From assembly GCA_964187785.1 (NCBI GenBank), contig OZ076409.1:98830001-98894000 (forward strand): a stretch of 64,000 nucleotides of DNA, read 5' to 3'. The notes under the pieces were generated by a model. The model saw only the letters and a program-made list of their open reading frames with translations. It was not told the DNA's origin and ran no database searches. Position numbers and translations under genes: made by a program. This document shows, piece after piece, positions 47,162 to 60,300 of this stretch (the first letter of the stretch is position 1; the number at the start of each line of letters is the position of its first letter). The DNA comes from Amphiscolops sp. MND2022 (taxonomy: Eukaryota).

Positions 47162-47550
47162 TGCAATTTTGCCAACTTTTGACTTGACAAACATCATGGA
47201 TTAGATTAGAATGTTGAAGAGGCTCAAAAAGGCAGGAATTCGTTGCCCAACAGGCATTTGCGAAGAGATAATTGCCGTTTTCTAAAAGAAAGGGGTATCT
47301 CAAATGGACACCAAAAACGACAAAAAACCAAATATTTCTAATTTTCAAATTTTTTATGCATTTTTTGTCAAATTGTTGCCAAACTTCGTGGACTGGAATG
47401 TCGAAAAGGGTCCTCTAGGAAGGAGTTTGTTGTCCAGTAGGCTTTTCCGAAGAGTTACATGCGGTTTTAAAGACGGTTTATATCTCAAAATGACACCGAA
47501 ATGAGCAAAAATTCCAAAATTTTCCAATTGTCAAAGTTTTTCTGCACGTG
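47162..47550. repeat. Degenerate ~190-bp satellite-like units
   Basis: Recurrent 'ttttgtcaaa..cttcgtg.a.tggaatgt.gaaaagg..gttgtcca.ta..cttt..gaagag.ta.atgc.gtttt.aaa..aaatgaca'; similar units at 50600-51235. Confidence 0.55.
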
Positions 47551-47779
47551 CGGTTGTGGGCTTGTCAACGGACGTCTATATATAAAATTTTTAACGATCT
47601 TTTGCCAATATATTTATCGAAGAAACCAATGGGTGCATCACAACAACCTTCACATGATGTTAATGTCATTCTCAAGGTCCACCAAAAATCCCAGGTGAGG
47701 CTGTTACAATTATCAGTGTTTTGACGTATTTCAAGAATAAAAATGAAAAACAAAACATCAGTCCAACTCTAATCAGGCA

Positions 47780-50130
47780 CCAATGAAACAGCCTCAAATG
47801 ATTCAACCCAAGTCATTCGCCACATCTCCCACTACCGGAAAAGGGCCGGCTACAACGTCCCGTTCAGATCTCCCCAAACGAAACCACTGTTATGAAAGAT
47901 ATGCAACGCTTTCAAACCACGTTATCTGGCATTGCAAGTTTCTCGATGATCCAGACCATTTTGTTCCAGAAACCTTCTGTGTTGAGCCTGGTCGTCGTTT
48001 TTGATCACTCAGCGCCGAGTCAAGTTAGCCAAAACGCTATAGCAAATTTCGACAAATTCTGAATGTCCCTCAGGAGCATGTAGGTTACAAAGTGCTTCTC
48101 ATGATCTCAACTTGTTGTTCTCCGCTCACCTGTTCGTTCGGGTTGCATTTGCAAAATAGCATCAAGAATTACTTCAATGCTGGTTAATTGAGGACATTCG
48201 GGCTCTGGACAAAAAGCAAATGAAAACAAATAAGCAAAGAAATAAAACACCGATGCCCGCAACATTCAAAAACGCAACATAGAGCGTATTATCGTAATGG
48301 CCTAATGGCTGATGAAAACAACGTCATTAAGGCCAGACAATGCCTTAAATCATTGGGAATAGCCAAAAAAGAGACCGTACACTTGATTAGTTGATCGAAA
48401 AGCATACGACAGAAAATGTTGTAAACACCAAACAACTTCATCAAACAAAAACAGCTTTGAAAACCTCTACGGAATGTGTCCTCAAGGAAATCGTCTCATT
48501 TGCTGCGTAAAAGCACTCGCGGCCGCTCCTCACTTCAATTTGAACAACTGCAAGAAACTTTCAAATGCATTGTTAAACTGGTGGCTCAAAATTGCCCAGA
48601 AACGTTCAAATCAGTCGGTAACAGTTTCTTGTCAAGGTCGGCAGCTTCCACAGCTTCGAAGTATATCAGTAGCTCTAATCTAAGTGCAGTTAAGAAAACC
48701 AGTGACACCATTCGTCCGATTGCTGTAGGTAGAGATTCAGATGGATAGTGTCGAAGGTTGCATGTAGTTCAGTACTATCGGGTGCAAGCGAAATACTTGT
48801 CCCCCGTCATGTCGGCGTTGAAGTGCCTGCTGCCTGTGAGAGCGAAAATCACAGCGTCCGCGATTTTGTCAACGCAAACGATCATAAAGACGACATGGCG
48901 ACGCTAAAAATTCACTCCACAAACGCTTCTGTTTTTGTAGACATGCAAATTTTCATAAACGAGGTTAAAACGCATTTTCACAACAAATTCAACTGGGTGG
49001 TGTATTGTTATGGCAACGAAAGCTTACTCGAAGATGACGGCTTCACAATAGTCCCTCACTGACCTCCAATGGCTAATAGCTCTACTCCAGACACTTAATG
49101 GAGCCATGTGTCTCAAACACGCAACTACCTGCCTTTTTTTGCTTCCGGAATAGTAACCAGGCAAAACGTCGGAGTCATTACGGGGCCTCAACGCCAAAAA
49201 ACCAAGGTTCGAGAAAAGCGAATGACGATTTTGTACAACAGGTTCTGGATTTTGACCTAGAACAACATTGGGGCGTAGAACGTGGGCACTAAAAACGTTT
49301 CAGCAACTAAATAATCAATAATCACAAGAGGGGGCATTCTTCCATCAGACGCTCTCACACGCGCTAACACGCTAACACGCTGTTTTTCACATTACCACAT
49401 GCTACAGACTATATGTTTGCACAGATATCAGAGAACTTCGGACTAAAACTCAAAATTTCCGAGTTTCACATTATGCTCTGTCGACAACTCTGAGTACAAG
49501 TTTTTGAGCAAACACGAACATGCATTATCTGTAACATATCCCTTATGGTCACCTTCGGCGATCATGCTCTAATCTGTTCTACATACATTGACCGCATAGA
49601 TGGCACAAGGCAATTAGAGACCTTGTTTTCCATACTTACCAATCAGATGAATTGTCCCCTGTCGTGGAATCTAAGGGCCTATCGTATTCCAGTGGTCGAC
49701 GACCCGTTGATATTTTTATCCCAAACTGGGCGCATTGGCCACCAGCCGCTGTACACGTTACTCTAACCTGTCCGCGACAATCTACCGTCATTACCAAAGC
49801 GTCGGAAAAAGTAGGGTACGCGTGCAAGTTGGCTGAGGAGCGGAAGTTCGCTGCCTCGGCTGAGCTTTGTCAACAAAACGGTTTTGAGTTCATACACCCT
49901 GCCATAGAAACAAGCAGCAGTTTCAACTCTAGTGCAACTTCGTTTTTGACAGTGTGGGCCGAACGATGCGCGGGCAACAACCTACAAGACTGTGCTGCAG
50001 AAAACTTCAACTTTTCCAACGCATCAAGGGGGCCGTGCACAGATCGAACACAAACATTGGTTCTGTCAAGATTGCCGATCAAAGAGCTTGAACCAGTTAG
50101 CGTGCGTTTTTGCAATTTTGTCAAAAGAAG
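47780..50130 (+). mobile_element. Decayed non-LTR retrotransposon with restriction-like endonuclease (CRE-clade-like)
   Basis: RT-like IRPIAVG, LVPRHVGVEVPAACE, WVVYCYG; knuckle remnant FGDHALIC; RLE-like RRPVDIFIPNW..AAVHVT..AEERK..FIHPAIET. Many frameshifts and no RT catalytic core seen; boundaries approximate. Confidence 0.75.
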
Positions 50131-50599
50131 CCATTTTTTACAAACTCTAAGCGCTTACACGACGATTGGACGGTCCACTTCCGAAGACACGTCTATGCTT
50201 CGTTGAGGAAGAAAGCGATCAGTGAGTTGATCATCTGTCTCAATTGCACAACATTGTCCCTTTTTGGAATTGGGCTTTAGACATGATATTCACATGTACA
50301 CCTGAGATCTATCCAACTCCTTTGAGCAGCAGTGTTGTGCTTGTGACGGACTTAATTCCATATACGATGGAAGTCAACTTTGGGACTGGCAAGCTTCGCA
50401 AGAACCTTGTCTGAACTACTGTGTAAAAGTGTACTTGCAAAAAGCTAATCGAAAATCAAACGGGAATCAGTTTCACAAATCGCAATGATTTCTGTGATTG
50501 AAATCGACTTTATTCAATTGTTGCCTTAGTACTACTAATATTAATGTCCTTTATATGTAATCTTTACATAACAATTTCGTATTGAGAATTCAATTACTT

Positions 50600-51235
50600 T
50601 TTAAACTTTTATGCATTTTTTGGTCAAAATTCTTACTTAGTGGATTATATCGAGAATGACAAAGTACATCGAGAATGACAAAAACCCAAAGTCTTCAACT
50701 TTTCCAAGTTTTTACGCAAGTTTTGTCAGGTTTTCCGCAGATTTCGTTGATTGGAATGTTGAAAAGGCTTGACAAGGAAAACGTTGGTTGTCCATTAGTC
50801 TTTCGTTAAGAGATAAGTGCAGTTTTTAAATGGAAAAGTTCTTAACTTGAAAACAAAATTGACAAAAAAAACCCAAATTCATTTCCAATTTTCGAAGTTT
50901 TATGCTATTTTTGTCAAATTTTGATATACTTTGTGAATCAGAATGTTGGAAAGGTCAACAACGGAAGAATGTGTTGTCAAGTATGCTAAGTGAAGAGACA
51001 AATACAGATTTCAAATGAAAAGTAACTGGAAATGACATCGAAAAAAAACAAAATTCATAATCTTTTTGGACAAACACCATTTTCATTCAAGTTTTGTCGA
51101 AAGATTGATAGACTTCGTGTACTAGAAAGTTAAAACCGCTAAACGATGGAAGAACTCAGTGAGCTTTCATCGAGCTTTCGTTGAGAGATAAATGAAAATT
51201 GTAATAGAAAAATGCCTCAAATTGACTCAGTATGT
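50600..51235. repeat. Degenerate ~190-bp satellite-like units (about 3 copies)
   Basis: Same motifs as 47162-47550, repeating at ~50720, ~50910 and ~51090. Confidence 0.55.
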
Positions 51236-51292
51236 TAGTATCTCTGCAACTTCCCAGAGAATTCGGTTAAATTTCAACCCAAACTAAATCAA

Positions 51293-51736
51293 AATAAGCA
51301 AAGATCAGCTCAAGTCGGCGCCAAACTTAAGGCTCAAAAACAGCAAAAGGACTTAAAAATGTTAAGTACTCTCTTCTACAGTACCTGAATGGGGAAAAAA
51401 TTCCAATTTTTTCCAATTTTTTTGGAAGATTCTGGAAAGTGGCATAGTCCCGAAAAATGTAAAAAGAAAGGACCCTTTGGGATTTGTTTTTCGAACATCC
51501 ATCCTGTTGCAAACTAGAGAAAAAATGAAGGAGGAGAAATGCCAGTAGAAGTAGCAGTTTGGCGCGGCAGTTAGTGTTAGCGGGAGGCAGCTTTTAGAGC
51601 ATATAAAATCTATCACTTCGTTGGTATTAAAAAAAAGAAAAGTCGCTGATATAGTTTGCGTTTTCTACGAAAAGTGCCGACTAAAAAGAAAAATGACTGC
51701 TGTAGTCTGCTTTGCTAAGGAAAGCGCCGATTAAAA
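51293..51736 (-). repeat. Inverted copy of the HINE/MITE-like dispersed repeat
   Basis: 'caagtcggcgccaaacttaaggctcaaaaa' and 'aaaagtgccgactaaaa' are reverse complements of blocks in 4094-4573 and 1132-1454. Confidence 0.5.
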
Positions 51737-53221
51737 GGAGCTATGCAGTATCTTTTTCAAGACATCGCTGATTTTCAAGACAACGTTTTGCTTCCAAACA
51801 CTTCAGAATGAATCCAAATGATTGGAAAAAACTTTTAGCATCTTCACGTTTCAATGCGACTTATGTGTACTTTTTGAATCGCTTTGGAGTCAGAAATTTG
51901 CCATACGTTGAAACAAGATTGAAAATAAATAGAATCCATTAGCCTTTTGAACAAATATCTGCAGACTTCGTTTGGAAAATGACTTCAATTGATGATTCTT
52001 GAGCCTCAAACTTATGTACATGTAGTTGTAGAACAGTGTGGGGCGGAAAATTTCTTACTGCTCAGCGGGCGTCTTGTATGGTTACAAATACCTGACGAAT
52101 TGTCTCTACAGATGTTTTGAGACTTCCAGCAATATTACCCTATTTTTTGATAATGTTGTCTAAAATAGCAAAATTTCACATCCGGAACAAGTCAAAACCG
52201 TATATAAAAACCCCTATTTTAACGAAAACTTTCTTCGCCATAAACCAAACAACTCCTAGCCTTAATGGTGGTTTGCGAAAATCTTTGGCCATTTTTCGGG
52301 ACCTAAAATGTTGAGCTGAAATGAGCATGAGGTGGTCAAAACGGGCTGATAAATGCCGTAAACTCAAATAATCACAGATTTCATTGAATGTGGAATTATT
52401 TTTCCGTAGAAAAAAACTAGCAGAGACCTAAACAATACCGGTGGGTTAAAGGCTAAAGGTAAAAGGGGTTCATTTCTTTCTAACATTCCTGAGTGACATC
52501 TTGCATGGAATCGTATGATATTTATGTTTTCCATCATCAGTAGTTATTATAATATAGTCACGAATTAGGGTAATTACAGTCAAAAATGTTTGTTCTTGTT
52601 ATTGTCAAAATACTATTGAACATCTATTCAACCAATGTTAATTTGATAGGTGGAACTTCGAAGTTTTCGGAGCATGAAATCGTGAGCCAAACAAAGATCC
52701 GTCAACACTATATAGATGTTAACTGGGTACGGGGTGAATCAAGGTTTTGTTTTTCAATTCTTGTTGTTTCTAGCGGTTAACAAGTCAAAAGAGTCAAAGA
52801 AACTTGGAAGATTCTATCGAATCAGTGATACATTAGAAACAAGTCACTGAGCGTATTCGTTTGCCCGAATTGGAAACTTTGTAATAATATTTTTGAATGA
52901 TACGAAGTGAAGCGTTGTATATAGTAAGAAATGTTTCAAAAGCTATACTCAGATATCAAAACGTTGTCGCCAGAAGCTAATCTTGTTATTTAAAAGTAGA
53001 AGGAAAAAAGAATGTTTATTTCCCCAATTCCGCAGGGCGGACGTCGAATGAACAGTTCTGTTTTTCTAAGTCGGCGTCTTTCCGGATTCTATCTCTGACA
53101 AGTGTCCTAGCAATGGTTGCCTTGAAGCTGTGGTTTCAAGGTGACTTGCTCAACGTCACAAAGGTTTGACTGTTCCCGTTTGCTCTTTTTATTTTGCTTT
53201 CCTACTCCAAATTCGTCATTT

Positions 53222-53346
53222 TCCCGACAACAATAAAACTAAGCTAGGGATGAAGGACTTGCTCAAGGCCCAACAATGGTGAGTTGAGAGAGATTCGAAC
53301 CTGATACCGCCCCAGTACACACCGAATGCTCTATCCACTACTCCTC
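53222..53346 (-). mobile_element. tRNA-derived SINE head
   Basis: Minus strand: A-box-like TAGTGGATAGAGC, B box GGTTCGAATC, then 'CCTTGAGCAAGTCCTTCATCCC', typical of SINE central domains; no full cloverleaf. Confidence 0.6.
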
Positions 53347-53489
53347 AAACTTGCATATATATATTGTTTGGAGGTCAAAAAGATACCTTTTTGACCTTCA
53401 AATAGTAGCAGAAGAGCTACGAAATATTTTGAGTTTGACTCAAATTTGGTCTACGACTATAGCGGCCTTCACTGCAGTCATGGATATCT

Positions 53490-53796
53490 ATGCATGATTC
53501 ATACAAAATTCACACATTTCCATGCATGATTCATACAAAATTCACAGATTTTCATGCATGATTCATACAAAATTCACAGATTTTCATGCATGATTCATAC
53601 AAAATTCACAGATTTCCATGCATGATTCATACAAAATTCACTCATTTCCATGCATGATTCATACAAAATTCACAGATTTTCATGCATGATTCATACAAAA
53701 TTCACAGATTTTCATGCATGATTCATACAAAATTCACACATTTCCATGCATGATTCATACAAAATTCACATTGCATGCAAGATTCATACAAAATTC
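53490..53796. repeat. 32-bp tandem minisatellite, about 9.5 copies
   Basis: ATGCATGATTCATACAAAATTCACA(C/G)ATTT(C/T)C head-to-tail with no spacers. Confidence 0.95.
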
Positions 53797-53902
53797 TTGG
53801 CTTCTTTATGTCGACAATGACTGCATTATTTTGAAACATGAACAGTAACAAGATTTCAGATTCTAAGTCGCTTTACTTTTGAAACTCGTCCAAAAAATGT
53901 TC

Positions 53903-54616
53903 TGTAACGGCAACTGCCCATGTCAAAATTTTCGAAGCAAAAATTCGTTCAAATCTGACGTGGCACTCAAACATGCTCCAGACGAAAGACCTGTCAGAAA
54001 AGCAGATCAGAAATCAGAAATCGCCCCCCGCGAGAAACGACGAGAAGAGAAGACGTAGAAAGCAGTCCCTAGAACACGGTGATGTGCCCATCTTTGGCGT
54101 TTGCACTACATAGGTAACAGAAACCGGTGTTCCAGATGCTCGCCTGAAGGTCCTGCGGTGTCCGGTGCGGTGACGAGCGCTAGCGCTGGGAAGCCATGGT
54201 CGATTCGCTCCTGTTAAATAACTCAAACTTCTGATACTGTTACGCTTATTGTGCTTTCCTTGTTGTAGTAGATTGATATGCTCGAGAGCTGCCCATTTAC
54301 ATCTGTAGTTACCCTTTTTGATGTCGATTTTATCAGATTCTCCAATACTATGGCTCAACATCCTCCTGTTTTCAGCCCCCTTTTTAAAGGCTAATTGAGC
54401 AGTGGTCTTGAGACATGCAAGATGCCCGTTACTTTTAGCAGTTACAGACTAGGACCAGGCCAGAGAGTTTCCAACAAGACGGTTCCCCCACCTTGGGACT
54501 GGCTCCTTCGGAGGGAAAATGAGCTAGGGCCGCGGAGATCTAAGTCCCGGATAATATTCGCTGTTCTAGTTCCTCCACTCTACGTTGCGGTTCAAGCGCC
54601 AGCGCTTATCGTTACA
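53903..54616 (+). repeat. 5' LTR of element C (714 bp)
   Basis: TGTAACGGCAA...CTTATCGTTACA, homologous to the A LTRs. Confidence 0.92.
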
Positions 54617-54631
54617 TAGAACCTCATTTTT

Positions 54632-54648
54632 TGGCGACCACAGAGGGA
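54632..54648 (+). promoter_or_regulatory. PBS of element C, tRNA-Arg-like
   Basis: TGGCGACCACAGAGGGA, 15 nt after the LTR end. Confidence 0.72.
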
Positions 54649-57323
54649 TCGTCTTGGGAAGCTTTCCCTAGCGGTTTTTAAAAGATCTGGCCCCCTGGTG
54701 ATCAGCGCCAAGCCCGTTTCGACTCTGGAAAAGGAGAGAGAAGCAGAGTTTTACCCTTTTTTAGTCGTGTGACATTCTACTGGAACTGGGAGAGGCGTTG
54801 AACCAGAGAAAACCCAAAAAAAAATCACGTTTTCAGGTGCGAGAATGGTATTTTTAGGTGTTTTGAAAGGAAATCGATATTTTTGTGTGATGTGTTGTGT
54901 GCCCATCAGCGGGTATCTTTTTGCAGGTGCTGAAGACCGTAGCACGTGGCTACGGGTGTTTAACAGGTTTTGCAAGCTATTTTCAGCCATTTTATGCCAT
55001 GCAAGAAGGTAACTGGTGGATGGCTGACCATGAACCAGCGAGGCGAAGGGGAAGTCAAATTGTGTGTTGCCTACTTTCTACTCCCATTTCTCGTGGAGAC
55101 GTCCTAGAGGTATGGTTTTTGGTGGACAGCAAGTGCAATTGCAGACGATGCTAATGGTCCAAACCGCGTGTCTCTATCTGGTCTGGATGTGGAGAAAAAG
55201 CGTGGTGAAGGCGCACCCCCTGTGACCGGACGCGTCGCTCAAATGGCTCATGGTCGGTGAAATTTTTGAAAATGCACCTTTTTCGACGGGGAATCGTTGG
55301 TGCAGGTCAGTAATGTTTTATTGTAGATGTAACGACACCCTACGAAGTGCTTTTCTGCAAAAAAGATAGCACTTGCGTGAAAAAACCCTGATTTTGCGTT
55401 TTTTCGTGTTTTTCGTGGTTTTGAGCACTTGTGCTCAGCGGAACCAGGAAAACTTTGTGAAAAGTGTTGTAAAAAGCAGCTGCAAGGCTCGAGAAAGCTA
55501 GTACGAGGCACAGAAGGCCGCAATTTTGCCTTTGGTTGTGATAAAAGTGCCGATTTAGCACCAGAAAGTTGCAAAAAAATGGAATTTTGACCAAAAAGGC
55601 ACCCAGAAACACAGGCGTACACTTGTGTAGAAGCGTGAAAAAGCAGTGTACGGTGTTTTGTCAAGCGTAGTAAACCCATAGGACACTAACTGTAACTTTT
55701 ACAGCGAATTCAGGCAGCCTGGGGCTGACACAGTGCAAAAAAACCGGTAATTTAAGGTGTTTTTAGGCATAGAAAGTGCATTGTCTGAAAGTCTTGAGAG
55801 TGAAGCTTAGTGGACCAGAGCGAGTCTGAACGCTCTTATTTTCTGTTTTTGCAATAAAAATAGCGCATTGTGGTGAAAACGGCCTGCAAGAACTCCTTTT
55901 CAGTGTCGAGAAAAGTTAAAAGACCTAGAATTTTAGTTAGTTTCAGGAGTGTCCTAGCACACAATAAAAACCCCCTGGGCACTCTGTCTTTTTGTTAGTC
56001 AGGAGCTTTTGTGCTCTCGTTTTCTGTTTCTATAGTAAAAACAACGCATTGTAGTGAAAACCGCATGCAAAAATTCCTTTTCAGTGCTGAGAAAAGTGGA
56101 AAAACGCACTGAATTTGATCAATTTTCCACAAAACCGGACCGTCTCTGAACTAGGGTCGGGTCATCGATTTCCGAACCCTAGCCAAAAGGTGGTTGCATC
56201 TTCGTAACCACCACCAAAAACAACGTTAGTGCCGAAAATTTGGTGGGCGTATCGTTCCCCAAAGTCGAGAAAGGCTCTCTGACGTTTTGACTCCAGAGAA
56301 GCTGAAAAAGCCGAAAAGATCCAAAACTGCAGGACTGTCAGTGACTTATAATTGACGGCACAACCAATTGAGGGTTTATCCCAGTGCTACGGATAGTGGG
56401 GCGACACGTTGGTCCCATTTTGACCGCCGTATCACTTTCTGAGGTGATCCTCTTCGTCAATTTGTGAAAAAAGTCGTCAAAAACAGTGTTTTTTCGTGTA
56501 CAACGTACATAGTAGGTCGAAACCTCAAGTAAGCGCTTGCGCTTCAATTCGACCATATTAGCGGCATTATAGGTGCCCATAGGCATAGACTACCAAGTTT
56601 GGTGCCGATCTGTGTGATACTTGTCGAGAAAATAGGAAAAACGCGGCGCCCAAAAAGGTGCGCGAAAAGGTAGTTTTTTTTAAATTCTTCCAAGTAACCC
56701 GGGTACCTTAGCCGACGGGTGGGGCCCTATTGCAGCCCACCATCGTAACTTGCGCTAGTTCCTACGTTGCTGCAGAGAATTTGAGCTTGCTAGCTCTTTC
56801 CAGTGGACCGCAATCTTGAAAAAGACGTGAAAAACAGTGTATTTCGGTACATAGTGGTACCGCACGTCTGTACCTAGGTGAAACTGTGTAGAAGGGGCGC
56901 AGCTCAAAACTGTGTTCATTTTCGTGAACCTACGCGTACCCAAGATCTGCTGGTCAATTTTGGGCTTGATACAGCGCTTCCAAAGCACACACGAGCCTCT
57001 TGAGTGTTGTTGTGCGATTTTTGGAAAATCCAAAAATTCTTTGAAAGTCTTCCTGTGAGTGACCGGAGGCTTTTGGCCCCAAACCAGATTGACTTTCTGA
57101 CCCAGTGTGCTTGTGGGAAAGCGCTGTGCGAATTTGAGCAGCCTACGAGCCTTAAAACGCATTTCGAGAAATTTGGGACATTGTGAAACAGTCAAATTTC
57201 TTAAGTCCACACCGAGACGAGCCTAGAGCTAACAGCGACTCGACAAATCCCGCGTTCTTCGAGACTTCTTTAAAGGCTACGTCCGAATCGTTGACACCTG
57301 CTCTGCCATTGGCATCGTGTGTA

Positions 57324-60300
57324 ATGGTCCTACCAGGCCTGGAAAAGCTTGACATGAGTTCGCAGTCATGGGTGACCATAGGATCCACAATGGACGGTTC
57401 GCATTTTTCAGACGAAATGTCTGACGAAGTCACTATCGAGCAACAACGCAAGGAGGAATTGGCCGCCATGGTCCCTCCCTCTGAGGGTTCCGTTGCATCT
57501 GGAAGCTCTCGTCGAACCGAGCAATGGGTCGAAGAAACCTGTCGTGAGAGAACCAATGAAGCAGAAGAGGAGTGGCCCAACTCGAACGTGACCAACGAAC
57601 TTGAAGCTGAGGAAGGGTGCTCTCGCGCACCCCTAGGAGAAAAGATGAGCTCCCGCCTACAGATCACGGTGGACCAGGATCTTACCTACACGGAGAACAC
57701 GAGTTGTGCGAGACCGCAAGGGTCTGGAGTCACTCGAGGTAACACTAGAGTTTGTGCCTATGGCAAACACAAGAAAGTGCGACCACCCATGATAAATGTA
57801 GGTGAACGTCAAGTTGAGGTGCCTCGTACGAGGAGCGTGGCAGGTTCAGTGGCATCGTCCCAACGATCTTCGGTGTACAAAGCCGCAATATTGGCAGCCC
57901 AAGCCGAGACCCAACGTGCCTTAGCTGAACTGGCTAGCACTCGTGCTGGGTGTAATGACCAACATCGTGCCATCGCTGAAAATATGAGAACGTTGCAGAC
58001 AACGATGCGAGAAGGATTGCAGGTCAGTGATCAACTGCGAACCGCGCAGAACACGCAGAGTGCTCGCGTAGATGCACTAGGCTACAGAATGGGTGAGATG
58101 AATGACCTTTTGATGGCCCGTGAACTTCGTGTGGAAACCCAGATCAATGACTTGAGTAACCAAATGCACACTGTGCTCAATGCTATCAACATCATGAGGC
58201 GCGAAAGGTCCCTCCCACGACAATCTGGTGCCACTGAAGGTGTGCTAGTCGCGGATTCAATCAAGATTCCGGAATCATCGCACCTGGGTCGGGCAACGAA
58301 ACCCGAGCTGGCGAGTGCATTGAAGCCTAGCCCCTCCAAGTCAACGACGCCTGAAACCCGAACCAAGGATCCCGTACCCATCATGGCTGATGTGGAGCGT
58401 AAACCTGCACGGGTGCAGGTAAGAGGGCCCCACGACTCCTCGTCGATGAGTCAAATAACCTCCTCCGTAGTTCGAAGTGCCACCCGGGACCAAGGTGTGG
58501 ACCCAATGTCACCTATCTATCTAGATACTTCCACCGAAGTTGATTTATCCTGTACTAAGGCCACACTAGGGTCCCAGACTGATGGAGCTGCGTATGCGAC
58601 GGCCCCTACCATGGCTTCTGGAACGGACTCCCTATATCTGACCGCCGACTGGACAGCCGAGGATGGAATGCCCTCGGGCGCTCCTTGTGCGAGTAGCACT
58701 CGCAAGAAAGAAGACGTGGCGAACCTCTCAGTGCGAGCTACGCATGGCAGTGACGACGGTACTGATGAAGTGGCACCCAAGGAAGGAGAGGCTGAAGTCA
58801 TTTCTCCCGAGCAATTGAGGTTCACTGCCGCCATTTCCAAAGCAATGTCCAAAGAACTAGCACCGTTGCTTGCGGGACGTGACCTGGCTCAAACCAAACC
58901 CAGCGTGTATCGAGGCTCTAAGGACGGGTCTATTGATGGCTGGATTTTAGTGATGCAGCGATAGTTGAAAAGAGTCCAGACCAAAATCTCGTCCGAAGAT
59001 CGGGCCTGGAGCATCATCGGTCACCTCGAGGGTGAGGCTCGCAACTACATCATCAACAAGGCTGAGTCTGAACATGACACCCCCGAGAAGGTGTTCGAGT
59101 TGCTATCTAGCCGATTTGGCGCGGGAGGAAATCGTATGCAGGTGCGGCAGACCTTCCAAAGCCGCGTCCAACAAGAAAAAGAGGACTGGATGCAGTACTT
59201 AGACGCTTTAGAGGGTCTCAGGAGCCAAGGATTCCCGCACGAAAGTATCATTACCAAACGCTATGAAATCTTGCAACGCTTCATGGAAGGTGTGCGAGAT
59301 CCAGTGTTGAGGCGTGAACTTGCCATAGTGTACGCCTCGGAGACTTTTCTTACCGAACCCCCTACCGTGGAGTCCTTGCGATTTACCACACGTCAGCTGC
59401 AACGAAATCGTCCCAGACCCACCCAACCTCAACAACCCTATGATCCCAGATTAGCCATGAGGTCTAGACCTCATCCTTTTGCACCACTGCCGCCGAACAA
59501 GATGGTTATGCCGCAGGGCGTCCTGCCACCTCCGGCGCCCCCCCAAAATGTCCCAGCTCCCGCTGTCCCAGCGCCCGCCAGAGCGCCGGTAGGTGCTTGT
59601 TTTCACTGTGGGCAAAACGGACATTTTGCTCGCGAGTGCCCCAATCGTGACCAGGCCCGAAAACCAATGGCTGCCTCCGAACCAGAGGGCGTAAAGGTGA
59701 CCACGGAAGACACGACCGATGGTATCCTTGAAGGTCATCCGGGGATCTATCAATGCACGAGCTGTGGACTTTTCGATCAGGCGGAAGTGCAATGTGGAGA
59801 GCACTCCCATGCGCCGAAGCCCAGTGACGAGTTAGCCTACAATCGATGGGCTGAGGTCGAATCAGCTGGCATCGCCGCGCACACCGTACCTTTGGAAGAT
59901 GACCGTGTGTTGATGCTACATCCAGCGGAACCGCCTGCGTTCCACACTCCGATGACATTCACTTGTGGTGCTAAGCAAGTTCAGACCTGCTTGGAACCCA
60001 CGACGTTCGATCCGCAAGGACGGACGCTGATTTCGATTCACCTGTTGCTGGCAGCTGAGCAAACACGTAGGCCGACGCTAACTCTGGCGAAGCTATGGGT
60101 CGAATTGTCTATCCTCTACAAACGAAACGAGTTGCCTCGACCGAAAGAATGGTACGCTCCGGGAGAGTCTGCGACTCTGACAACATATTCCCCAGTGCCA
60201 GTCTGCGCTTCAAGGGATGCAGTGGATATGAAATTCGAAGCCTGTGTGGTGGTGGATGTATTTCCCCCTGGCATTTGTCTGGGTCCCCAGGAGCTCAAAT

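Noticed and set aside
53270..53346. Functional tRNA gene
   Set aside because: A and B boxes are present, but there is no convincing acceptor stem and it continues into a SINE-like body.
53490..53796. 32-bp repeat array as a CRISPR
   Set aside because: Units are head-to-tail with no unique spacers, no cas genes, and the context is eukaryotic.
58962..58964. Programmed gag-pol stop readthrough in element C
   Set aside because: The TAG falls inside the capsid-like region, upstream of the zinc knuckle, not at the gag/pol boundary; likely a nonsense mutation.
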